NCBI GenBank assembly: GCA_963545485.1
Contig: CAUUJG010000007.1
Location: 6,240 to 70,239, forward strand
From: an uncultured Clostridia bacterium
GTDB lineage: Bacteria; Bacillota; Clostridia; Christensenellales; CAG-917
Direction of reading: 5' to 3'
Length of the DNA: 64,000 nucleotides
Part shown: piece by piece, positions 34,230 to 42,950 of the stretch
Numbering within the stretch: position 1 is the stretch's first letter
Layout of the letters: each line of letters opens with the position of its first letter
The notes under the pieces: generated by a model
What the model was told of the DNA's origin: nothing
Database searches by the model: none
The model's input: only the letters and a program-made list of their open reading frames with translations
Translations under genes and position numbers: made by a program

Positions 34230-34258
34230 AAAAGCCATCTAATTATTAAATGGCTTTT
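34230..34258 (-). terminator. Intrinsic terminator after ppdK (hairpin is symmetric, so potentially bidirectional)
   Basis: AAAAGCCAT-N11-ATGGCTTTT, flanked by T-runs when read on the - strand. Confidence 0.7.
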
Positions 34259-34287
34259 AAATTCAGTAACTAAGTATAATTAATTGC

Positions 34288-36927
34288 TTAATTAGCACTC
34301 TTTAATGCTGCTTGAGCTGCGGCAAGCCTTGCTATTGGTACTCTATATGGTGAGCAAGAGACATAGTCAAGCCCTACATTGTGACAGAACTCAATTGTTG
34401 ATGGATCGCCACCATGTTCTCCACAAATTCCCAAATGCAGATTGTTTCTTGTTTCTCTTCCTAATTTTGCAGCTATTTTAATTAATTGCCCGACACCCTT
34501 TTGATCAAGCTTTGCAAATGGATCAGACTCATATATTTTCTTGTCATAATAGTCCTTTAGGAATTTACCAGCATCATCTCTACTGAAACCAAATGTCATC
34601 TGTGTTAAGTCATTTGTACCAAATGAGAAAAATTCTGCTTCTGTTGCAATTTCATCTGCTGTAATTGCAGCACGAGGAATCTCAATCATAGTACCAATTT
34701 TAAATTTAAGCTTTGATTTATTTTCTTTAATCATTTCTTTTGCTGTTTCTGTAACGATGTTCTTTACATAAGCTAACTCTTTTACTTCTCCAACAAGCGG
34801 AATCATGATTTCTGGTACAATTTTCCAATCAGGATGTTTTTCTGAAATTTTAATTGCAGCACCAATAACAGCTTTTGTCTGCATTACTGCTATTTCAGGA
34901 TATGTAACTGATAATCTACATCCTCTGTGTCCCATCATAGGATTGAACTCATGTAGAGACCTTATGATACTTTTAATATCATCCACACTTTTACCCATCG
35001 TATTTGCCAAATCAGCAATATCTGCTTCATCTGTTGGTAGGAATTCATGTAATGGTGGATCTAAGAATCTAATTGTAGCTGGTAATCCTTCAAGAGTTTC
35101 ATAAATTTGTTCAAAATCATTTTGTTGCATTGGCAAAATCTTTGCAAGTGCTTTTTCTCTACCTTCTAATGTATCTGAACAAATCATTTCTCTAACAGCT
35201 TTGATCCTTGATTCTTCAAAGAACATGTGCTCTGTTCTGCACAATCCAATACCTTCTGCACCAAAGTCTTTTGCTTGTTTTGCATCTTTTGGTGTATCAG
35301 CATTTGTTCTTACTTTTAATTTTCTGAATTTATCAGCCCATTCCATTACTCTAGCAAAGTCACCAGTTAATTTTGCAGGAACTGTAGGAATCTCTTCTCC
35401 ATAAATATTACCAGTAGAACCATCTAATGAAATCCAATCACCTTCTTTAAATGTCATTCCACCTAATTCAAATGTTTTATTTTCTTCATCGATCTTAATA
35501 TCGCCACAACCTGATACACAGCAAGTTCCCATTCCTCTTGCAACAACAGCTGCATGAGATGTCATACCACCACGAGCTGTTAAAATACCTTGAGAATAAT
35601 GCATTCCTTCAATATCTTCTGGTGATGTCTCAAGCCTTACGAGAATAACTTTCTTTTCACCTTTTTTTGTTACCCATTCAGTTGCATCCTGTGCTGTGAA
35701 TACAATTTTACCAGTTGCAGCACCTGGAGATGCCGGAAGTGCAGAAGCAATCTTTTTTGCAGCTTTTAATGCTTTTGCATCAAACTGAGGATGTAGCAAA
35801 GCATCTAACTGTTTTGGGTCAAGCATAAGTATTGCATCTTTAGGCTTAATCATTTTTTCATCAACTAAGTCACATGCAATTTTCATTGCAGCTGCAGCCG
35901 TTCTTTTTCCGTTTCTTGTTTGCAGCATAAATAATTTACCTTCCTCAATTGTAAATTCCATATCCTGCATATCTCTATAATGCTTTTCAAGTTTATTAAC
36001 TATTTTTACAAATTGATCATACGCTGCTGGATTTTCTTTTTGTAATTTTGATATTGGAGATGGTGTTCTTACGCCAGCAACAACATCTTCACCCTGTGCG
36101 TTCATTAAATATTCACCAAATAAACCTTTTTCTCCAGTAGCAGGATTTCTTGAGAATGCAACTCCTGTTCCTGATGTTTTTCCCATATTACCAAAAACCA
36201 TCATCTGAACATTAACAGCTGTTCCCCAATCTCCAGGAATATCATTCATTCGTCTATAATAAATTGCTCTAGGATTATCCCAACTTCTAAAAACTGCCTT
36301 AATAGCACCCATAAGCTGCTCTTTTGGATCCTGTGGAAATGGCTTCCCGATTTTGTTTAAATATTCAGCTTTAAATGCATTTGCCAAATTTTTTAAATCT
36401 TCTGCAGTTAACTCAGTATCTAGTTTTATTCCCTTTTCTTCTTTCTTTTTATCAATCAAAGCTTCAAAGTATTTTTTACCAACTTCCATAACTACATCGC
36501 TATACATCTGAATAAATCTTCTGTATGAATCATATGCAAATCTAGGATTGTTGGTTTTTTTTGCGAACTTTTCAACAACAACATCGTTTAAACCTAAATT
36601 CAAAATTGTATCCATCATTCCAGGCATTGATGCTCTTGCACCTGAACGCACAGAAACAAGTAAAGGATTCTCTTCCGAACCAAATTCTTTTCCTGTAATC
36701 TCTTCAAGCTTTTTAATGTTCTCCATTATTTCAGCTTCAATTGATGGATTAATTTTTTCTCCATCATTGTAATATTGTGTACATGCTTCTGTTGTAATTG
36801 TGAATCCTTGTGGAACTGGCATTCCTAATTTAGTCATCTCTGCCAAGTTTGCACCTTTACCACCGAATAACGCTCTCTTATCACATTCTAATTCTGCTGC
36901 TTCTTTGAATTGATATACGAATTTCAT
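34288..36927 (-). CDS. ppdK: Pyruvate, phosphate dikinase
   Basis: 879 aa. ATP-grasp N-domain, phosphohistidine motif GGMTSHAAVVARG, PEP-utilising C-domain (GICGEHGGDP). GGAGG RBS. Confidence 0.95.
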   Translation of the reverse strand: MKFVYQFKEAAELECDKRALFGGKGANLAEMTKLGMPVPQGFTITTEACTQYYNDGEKINPSIEAEIMENIKKLEEITGKEFGSEENPLLVSVRSGARASMPGMMDTILNLGLNDVVVEKFAKKTNNPRFAYDSYRRFIQMYSDVVMEVGKKYFEALIDKKKEEKGIKLDTELTAEDLKNLANAFKAEYLNKIGKPFPQDPKEQLMGAIKAVFRSWDNPRAIYYRRMNDIPGDWGTAVNVQMMVFGNMGKTSGTGVAFSRNPATGEKGLFGEYLMNAQGEDVVAGVRTPSPISKLQKENPAAYDQFVKIVNKLEKHYRDMQDMEFTIEEGKLFMLQTRNGKRTAAAAMKIACDLVDEKMIKPKDAILMLDPKQLDALLHPQFDAKALKAAKKIASALPASPGAATGKIVFTAQDATEWVTKKGEKKVILVRLETSPEDIEGMHYSQGILTARGGMTSHAAVVARGMGTCCVSGCGDIKIDEENKTFELGGMTFKEGDWISLDGSTGNIYGEEIPTVPAKLTGDFARVMEWADKFRKLKVRTNADTPKDAKQAKDFGAEGIGLCRTEHMFFEESRIKAVREMICSDTLEGREKALAKILPMQQNDFEQIYETLEGLPATIRFLDPPLHEFLPTDEADIADLANTMGKSVDDIKSIIRSLHEFNPMMGHRGCRLSVTYPEIAVMQTKAVIGAAIKISEKHPDWKIVPEIMIPLVGEVKELAYVKNIVTETAKEMIKENKSKLKFKIGTMIEIPRAAITADEIATEAEFFSFGTNDLTQMTFGFSRDDAGKFLKDYYDKKIYESDPFAKLDQKGVGQLIKIAAKLGRETRNNLHLGICGEHGGDPSTIEFCHNVGLDYVSCSPYRVPIARLAAAQAALKSAN

Positions 36928-37103
36928 TGAAATTCCTCCTAAAATTTAATTACTGTCAATGAGTATAACAAATGCGTTTTTTTATAGCAAACCAATATAT
37001 ATTTTCAAGGGTATTTTTAAGGCAAACAATAAATAAACTATATCTTACTCTACAGTGTACAAATAAACTTTTTTTGTAAAATTAATTTTTAATTTGTTAC
37101 TAA

Positions 37104-37676
37104 TTAAACAGCTTTAATATTGATGTCTACTGTGTTAAATAAAATTTTTAAATCTAAACTAATTGAAACCTTATCAACATATAAGAGCTCAAGATTTAAT
37201 TTATCAATCCACTCAAGATTCTCACCTTTGATGGTGTCCTTTATTGATTTCATCCCAGGACGAACATACCATCTTGCTTGATGTCTACCAACAACCAAAC
37301 TTTCTTGATTGGTATTTAATGCTTCAGGTCCAATAAAACTCATCTCTCCAATTAGAACATGAAAAAGTAGCGGAATTCTATATAATTTAGTCTTTTTAAG
37401 AAATTTACCATAACCACTCAATCTTTCTTCTTCACTGATTATAGTGTCATCTCTTTGCTTTTTAGGTTTTTTTGTTCTAAATGTGACCATTTTAAAAGTT
37501 TTTGCACTTTTCCCTATTTTCACTGATTTGCTAAACGGACGACCACCCATAAAGATTAAACCAAGAATTATTAGAAACAAGATAATAGGCAAAGCTAAAA
37601 GGATTCCTAAAAAACTGAATATAATATCAAAAAATCTTTTACCATATACGACACCTGGCTTTTGATAATTATGCAT
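37104..37676 (-). CDS. Small monotopic sugar phosphotransferase (bacterial sugar transferase / PglC-WbaP C-domain family)
   Basis: KRFFDIIFSFLGILLALPIILFLIILGLIF (re-entrant helix), KMVTFRT, IGPEA..., RPGM. 190 aa. Confidence 0.75.
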   Translation of the reverse strand: MHNYQKPGVVYGKRFFDIIFSFLGILLALPIILFLIILGLIFMGGRPFSKSVKIGKSAKTFKMVTFRTKKPKKQRDDTIISEEERLSGYGKFLKKTKLYRIPLLFHVLIGEMSFIGPEALNTNQESLVVGRHQARWYVRPGMKSIKDTIKGENLEWIDKLNLELLYVDKVSISLDLKILFNTVDINIKAV

Positions 37677-37737
37677 ATTCCTCCTTAGCTTTAATTTACA
37701 ATATCACATTGTTATATATTTTTAAAGACAAAAAACT

Positions 37738-38682
37738 CTATAAAACATCTCTTAATTCATTATTTATAAGCGACATCATATCTTGATAATTGCTTAAACT
37801 AATAATCTTCATTTTAATTTCCTTAACACTATTCAATCCTTTTAAATAGAAACATAAATTTGATTTCATTAAATTAAGAATAATGTGCTGGGGCATATAT
37901 TCATTAAGAATTTCTATGTGTTCAAGAACCGCATCGTATTTAGTGATACAGTCGCTTTTATTTAATAGTTCGGAAAATATTCCCGGATTGCCTAATGAAC
38001 CTCTTCCAACCATATACGCATCTGCACAAGTTTCTTTCTTTATCCTATCAAATGTTATTCTATCTTTAATATCCCCATTTGCAATAACAGGAATTTTTAA
38101 AAGTTTTTTTAAATTTTTAGTTACTTCATGATTAGCTGTACCCTGATACATTTGAACTCTGGTTCTTGGATGTATTGCAACTGCACTACATCCGGCTTTT
38201 TCAACTTCTGTAGCAATATCGTATGCAAGCACACTACTGGCATCAATTCCACTACGAATTTTTACCGTAACAGGCTTTCTACTCCCTTCAATTGCCGCAC
38301 GAACAATTTCTCCAGCTAGTTTTGGGTTCTCAAGTAATTTTGAACCATCGCCATTATTTACAATTTTTCTAACAGGACATCCCATATTAATATCTATTAT
38401 TTCAAATTTTTCAAATACACCACTTTTACAAGCCTTATATATAAACTCTGGTTCAGAGCCAAAGATCTGAACTGCTGTTTTATTAAAGTCTTTTTTAGAC
38501 TTATAAAGTAATTGAAATGTCTTTTCACTACCATATACAATGCCCTTGGCTGAAATCATTTCTGTATATGTGAGCCCAGCACCCGCTTTGCCCGCAAGAT
38601 ACCTATATCCTGCTTCAGAGTATCCTGCCATTGGGGCTGCAAAGATATTAGATTTAAGTTCTAAATTACCTATTTTCATCAA
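37738..38682 (-). CDS. dusB: tRNA-dihydrouridine synthase (DusB type)
   Basis: APMAGYSE..., DINMGCP, TVKIR, HPRT. 314 aa. Confidence 0.88.
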   Translation of the reverse strand: MMKIGNLELKSNIFAAPMAGYSEAGYRYLAGKAGAGLTYTEMISAKGIVYGSEKTFQLLYKSKKDFNKTAVQIFGSEPEFIYKACKSGVFEKFEIIDINMGCPVRKIVNNGDGSKLLENPKLAGEIVRAAIEGSRKPVTVKIRSGIDASSVLAYDIATEVEKAGCSAVAIHPRTRVQMYQGTANHEVTKNLKKLLKIPVIANGDIKDRITFDRIKKETCADAYMVGRGSLGNPGIFSELLNKSDCITKYDAVLEHIEILNEYMPQHIILNLMKSNLCFYLKGLNSVKEIKMKIISLSNYQDMMSLINNELRDVL

Positions 38683-39712
38683 CTTTTAAATCCGCAACTT
38701 CTTTCAGTGACATTTTATTCAACAACGAAGAATATTTTAATTTAATTTCATCCCATAAATTGTTTAAATTGTTAATGTCTAATTCTGATATTTTTTTGTT
38801 ATATTTTTTTAATGCATACTTTTCTAAAATAATATATCTTTTTATAAACTTTTCAGTTGCAAGCCTTAATGCTGTTTCAGGTTCCACTTTATTAATTCTT
38901 AATAAATTAACTACGGAAAAAATTATATCCCCACCTTCTATATTTTTGTCTTCACTATTTGCTTCTAAAAATTCAGTTATTTCTTCTTGAATTTTTTCTA
39001 TAATTTCCTGATTATTTACAAAATCAAAATTTGAATCTGCAGCTATTTTTTGTGATTTATTTGCATACATAAGACTTGGCAAAGCATTACATAGCTGTAA
39101 TATTCTATCAGTATCACTTTTTTGTTCTTTTTCACGAAGCTTCGCTTTGTTCCAAAAATTAAGAGCCTCTTGCGAAGATGTGGCTTGATCTGAACCAAAA
39201 ATATGTGTGTGGCGTGAAATCAGTTTGTTACATACTTCATTCAGTACATCATTAATATTAAATTCTTGTTCATCACTGGCTATTGCTGCATGAAAAACTA
39301 CTTGTAAAAGCACATCTCCTATTTCTTCTTGCATCATTGTTTTATTTTTCAAATCAATAGCTTCTACTAACTCATATGTCTCTTCAATTAAATTTTGCTT
39401 AATACTGAGATGTGTTTGTACTTTATCCCATGCACAGCCATTCTCTCCTCTCAGAATTTTCATAATTTCTTCCAAATCATTAAATGAATAACTATATCTA
39501 GAAGTTAATTCTGTATTTTGTATGAAGATAATATCATCAGAAATTTGTTTAAAATTAATTTGTTGAGCAACAAGTTGATCAATATATGATTTTGGACATT
39601 CAAACAAAATATTATCTATAGAATACTCAAGATTCATATTATCACTATATTTAAGGATTCTTATATCTGTGTTTTTTTCTTTTTCTAAAAATTCAATTAT
39701 TTCTTTTCTCAT
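38666..39712 (-). CDS. mazG: MazG-family nucleoside triphosphate pyrophosphohydrolase (tandem MazG domains, short unrelated N-terminus)
   Basis: LRGENGCAWDKVQTHLSIKQNLIEETYELVEAID...EEIGDVLLQVVFH, with a second MazG repeat (EEITEFLEA...GDIIFSVVNL). 348 aa. Confidence 0.85.
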   Translation of the reverse strand: MRKEIIEFLEKEKNTDIRILKYSDNMNLEYSIDNILFECPKSYIDQLVAQQINFKQISDDIIFIQNTELTSRYSYSFNDLEEIMKILRGENGCAWDKVQTHLSIKQNLIEETYELVEAIDLKNKTMMQEEIGDVLLQVVFHAAIASDEQEFNINDVLNEVCNKLISRHTHIFGSDQATSSQEALNFWNKAKLREKEQKSDTDRILQLCNALPSLMYANKSQKIAADSNFDFVNNQEIIEKIQEEITEFLEANSEDKNIEGGDIIFSVVNLLRINKVEPETALRLATEKFIKRYIILEKYALKKYNKKISELDINNLNNLWDEIKLKYSSLLNKMSLKEVADLKVDENR

Positions 39713-39963
39713 TTATATATTTCTATTTCAAATTTTGTAAACTCTACTGACTCCATAAAATCATCAGGTAGAAATGCAAATCGTCTAAATTGCTTCATAT
39801 GTTTAATTTGAGAGTCTAAAAGTACTGGACATGATAAATCAAGTTTTTCACATGCAAACTTGAGCATCTTGAATATGTTTTCATAATTTATTCTTACAAC
39901 TCCATCATAAACAATATCTTTAAGTATTTTATCTTTTTGCATCACTTTTGCCCAAGCTTTCAT
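39709..39963 (-). CDS. Hypothetical 84-aa protein, translationally coupled to mazG
   Basis: The ORF has a 4-nt stop/start overlap with mazG and sits 5 nt downstream of the flavin reductase gene. No motif recognised. Confidence 0.45.
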   Translation of the reverse strand: MKAWAKVMQKDKILKDIVYDGVVRINYENIFKMLKFACEKLDLSCPVLLDSQIKHMKQFRRFAFLPDDFMESVEFTKFEIEIYK

Positions 39964-39968
39964 AAATT

Positions 39969-40433
39969 TTAATATTCCTCTATTATTTCACCAAAATACA
40001 ATGTATGCATGTCTTTTGTCGGATAGAACTTTTCATAATCTCTTAATGGCATATCTTTCATTTCCATTTTATAAACAACTATACATTCAAAATATTTTGA
40101 ACATCCCTTTACTACACTTTCATCAAGTTGCCTTGCTTTTTGTTTTTCAATATTTGCAATTTCCCACTTATTGCAGTCACGACCACTCTTTGTTCCACAA
40201 ATAGAAATTGCTTTTTGCATAGTATCTTTTTCTGGAATGCTGATTGTAAAGTGATTATTTTTATCAACAAATTTTTTTGTATATCTTGATTCTCTAACAG
40301 GAGTAATGAAAATTTTCTTTCCCCACATCACACCAATAAATCCCCAACTAGCAGTCATAACATTGTTACCAGATACTAGAAATGCTCCTGTATTAAATGC
40401 AACATCTAAATTCTTATTTATATCTAAATTCAT
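39969..40433 (-). CDS. Flavin reductase-like (FMN-binding split-barrel) protein
   Basis: GAFLVSGNNVMTASWGFIGVMWGKKIFITPVRESRYT pattern. The ATG at 40433 is preferred (GAGGTG RBS) over the ORF-track start at 40445. Confidence 0.7.
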   Translation of the reverse strand: MNLDINKNLDVAFNTGAFLVSGNNVMTASWGFIGVMWGKKIFITPVRESRYTKKFVDKNNHFTISIPEKDTMQKAISICGTKSGRDCNKWEIANIEKQKARQLDESVVKGCSKYFECIVVYKMEMKDMPLRDYEKFYPTKDMHTLYFGEIIEEY

Positions 40434-40518
40434 TACACACCTCATAAAAAATTATATATGATATCCGAATAGATAAAAAATAATTGCCGTTGCTATTTAA
40501 GCATGTTAGTATAATTTT

Positions 40519-40554
40519 GTTGGTGTCGGAAACCCAACTAATCAAAAACCGAGG
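40519..40554 (+). promoter_or_regulatory. preQ1-I riboswitch (translational, overlaps the queT SD)
   Basis: GUUGG-UGUCGGAAAC-CCAAC-UAAUCAAAAACCGAGG. This has the same layout as the class I aptamer remembered from Thermoanaerobacter (CUGGG-UCGCAGUAAC-CCCAG-UUAACAAAACAAGG). TATAAT at 40510-15. The downstream gene is queT. Confidence 0.8.
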
Positions 40555-40560
40555 TGTATT

Positions 40561-41109
40561 TTGAAAAAAAGCATTAGAGCAATCGCTCGATCTGGCATTA
40601 TAGCCGCAATCTATTTTGTTATTACATTTATTTTATCATTAGTTAACCTAGCATATGGACCACTTCAATTTCGTTTATCAGAAGTGTTAACATTACTGCC
40701 AGTTCTCTTGCCAGAAGGAGTTCCTGGAATTATGTTTGGATGTATGTTCTCAAATTTATTATCTCCTTACGGAGCTGTAGATATTGTTATAGGTACATTT
40801 GCAAGTTCAATTGCAGCAATATTAACACGACACTTAAGAAAAAATCTTTATCTTGCAGCAATGCCACCTATCATTATTAATGCATTATTAGTTCCGGTTA
40901 TATTCTTATTCTTAGATCAAGAAACTATATACTGGATAGCATTTCTTGAAATATTTACCAGTCAAAGTATAGTAATTTTATTCGCAGGAATACCATTTAT
41001 ATTGGTTCTTAAGGATGCCTTAATTAAATCAAATCTAATAAAAAAAGAATATTACATTAAAAATTCTATTAAAATTCCTAAAAAATTACGCCAATTGCAT
41101 CATTTTTGA
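40561..41109 (+). CDS. queT: Queuosine-precursor transporter QueT (ECF S-component-like)
   Basis: IARSGIIAAIYFVITFIL...GPLQFRLSEVLTLLP... with about 5 TM helices. 182 aa. TTG start with GAGGTG RBS. A preQ1 riboswitch lies upstream. Confidence 0.85.
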   Translation: MKKSIRAIARSGIIAAIYFVITFILSLVNLAYGPLQFRLSEVLTLLPVLLPEGVPGIMFGCMFSNLLSPYGAVDIVIGTFASSIAAILTRHLRKNLYLAAMPPIIINALLVPVIFLFLDQETIYWIAFLEIFTSQSIVILFAGIPFILVLKDALIKSNLIKKEYYIKNSIKIPKKLRQLHHF

Positions 41110-41155
41110 TGTGTATTTATTTTAGAACTCTAAATATTGACATAATATAGAATAC

Positions 41156-41755
41156 TCAATTTTTAGAATACTTTTTAAGGCAATAATGAATTATATTTTC
41201 AGAAAATAGTTCTTCATATACAAGTTCAAAACCCATTTTTTCATATATTAAAATATTGTTTTTATCATGAGTTTCAAGATATATATTTTTGCCATTAGAT
41301 AAAATTTCAATCATTTTTTTTGCTATACCTTTTCCTCTACATTCTTTATTTACTCCAAGATTTCTTACATAGCAATCTTTAGATTTATCAAAATATTTTG
41401 CTGCAATTGCTTTTGCAAAATTTATATATTCTTTAATTTTTTCAAGTTCATCTTTTGGTATTATGTTTAACAATTGAATTATGAAATCTTTTTTATAACA
41501 ATTTTTCAAATCCTCATCGCCCGGTTTCTGTATTACACATAATCCCTCAAAATTTCCAAATACATATGTAAATTTATATGTTGGATACAGCTCATATAAA
41601 AACATATTGTACATTTTGAAAAATTTATTTTCACTACTTATAAAATAATCATATGCTTTATATTCGTAAAAAAATTCAGTAAATTTTTTTGCTGCAACTT
41701 TAATTTCTTTTTTTAAAATTTTTCTTATTTCCATGCTGTCATTATAATATACCAA
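41156..41755 (-). CDS. GNAT-family N-acetyltransferase
   Basis: Acetyl-CoA motif A NLGVNKECRGKGIAKKMIE, ...YEKMGFE. 199 aa. Starts at TTG (41755) or the ATG at 41734. Confidence 0.75.
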   Translation of the reverse strand: MVYYNDSMEIRKILKKEIKVAAKKFTEFFYEYKAYDYFISSENKFFKMYNMFLYELYPTYKFTYVFGNFEGLCVIQKPGDEDLKNCYKKDFIIQLLNIIPKDELEKIKEYINFAKAIAAKYFDKSKDCYVRNLGVNKECRGKGIAKKMIEILSNGKNIYLETHDKNNILIYEKMGFELVYEELFSENIIHYCLKKYSKN

Positions 41756-41795
41756 TATATCTACAAACAGCTTTTATATATGTTAATATTGAAAT

Positions 41796-42860
41796 ATGGA
41801 TTATTACAGAGAACGGGATATCAATAATATTAAAAAAATTCAAATTTTACTAAATGAACTTCCCTACTTTTGTAGCGAATACTTCGTTGGTATTGAGCAA
41901 AGCACGTCAACACTTACAAGATTAAATTATGCTCATGATTTAAAAACATTTTTCACTTATTTGCATGAAAATATCCTTATTTTCAAAAATACAAAAGTCG
42001 AAGAACTTTCAATTTCTGACTTAGAAAAAATAACTATTTCACATATTGAAAACTTCTTATCATATCTTAGCTTTTATGATAAAGATGGTATTAATCATAC
42101 AAATAAAGAAGCCAGCAAGTCGAGAAAATTATCTAGCATCAGACATATGCTAGCCTATTTTTATAATAAAGAAAAAATTGCAAAAAATGTTGGAGTAAAA
42201 GTAAAAAATCCAAAACTTCACAAAAAAGAAATTATTAGGTTAAAAGAAAATGAAGCCAACGACTTAATTGAAACTGTTACTTGTGGAAAAGGCTTAACGA
42301 ATAAAGAATATGCCTCTGCTGTAAGAACAAAAGAGAGGGATTTAGCATTAATCACTCTTCTATTATCTACTGGTATCCGTATTAGTGAATGTGTTGGATT
42401 AAATATAAGTAATATAAATCTTGAAGAAAAACAGTTTAAAGTTAAGCGTAAAGGTGGGAACGAACAAATATTATATTTTAATGATATTGTTAAAGATTTA
42501 CTTGAAACATATATTAATGACGAAAGAATGTCCATACAAAACGAGATTGAATTAATAAATGGCAATACAGAACCATTATTTTTTTCATTACAAAAAAAAC
42601 GTATGTCTACAAGAGCAATTCAAAATTTAGTAAAAAAATTTGCAAAAATTGTTACTCCCTTAAAAAATATTACTCCCCACAAACTTCGATCAACTTTCGG
42701 AACAACTTTATATTCAAAAACAGGTGATATTTATCTTGTAGCTGATATTTTAGGTCACAAAGATGTAAATACAACAGTTAAACATTATGTAGCTAAAGAT
42801 GAAGATAAACTTAGAGATGCTGCAGATTTAATTGATTTTACAAATAAGCCAGAAGATTAA
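41796..42860 (+). CDS. Tyrosine recombinase (Xer/phage-integrase family; the N-terminus resembles XerS-type proteins)
   Basis: Catalytic residues in context: LLSTGIRISE (R), HKLRSTF (HxxR), GHKDVNTTVKHY (H...Y). N-terminal LPYFCSEYF...TLTRLNYAHDLKTFFTYL. 354 aa. Confidence 0.8.
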   Translation: MDYYRERDINNIKKIQILLNELPYFCSEYFVGIEQSTSTLTRLNYAHDLKTFFTYLHENILIFKNTKVEELSISDLEKITISHIENFLSYLSFYDKDGINHTNKEASKSRKLSSIRHMLAYFYNKEKIAKNVGVKVKNPKLHKKEIIRLKENEANDLIETVTCGKGLTNKEYASAVRTKERDLALITLLLSTGIRISECVGLNISNINLEEKQFKVKRKGGNEQILYFNDIVKDLLETYINDERMSIQNEIELINGNTEPLFFSLQKKRMSTRAIQNLVKKFAKIVTPLKNITPHKLRSTFGTTLYSKTGDIYLVADILGHKDVNTTVKHYVAKDEDKLRDAADLIDFTNKPED

Positions 42861-42950
42861 TATAAATTATGGCGTTTTTTATAATAAAAAAAATTTTTAT
42901 ATTAAATTTTAAAATTGACTTTAAACTAATTTAAAATATATACTTTCTAC

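Noticed and set aside
42218-42565. Long antisense ORFs inside well-supported genes (for example 42218-42565, 44468-44818, 59077-59418, 34805-35104, 61276-61581)
   Set aside because: They lie opposite conserved housekeeping CDS, have no RBS, and show the Ser/Leu/Phe/Ile-rich composition expected from reverse-frame artefacts.
42861-42950. dif-like core site directly downstream of the tyrosine recombinase (ATTTTAAA-N16-TTTAAAAT and similar)
   Set aside because: These are only short AT-only inverted repeats, which are expected by chance in DNA this AT-rich.
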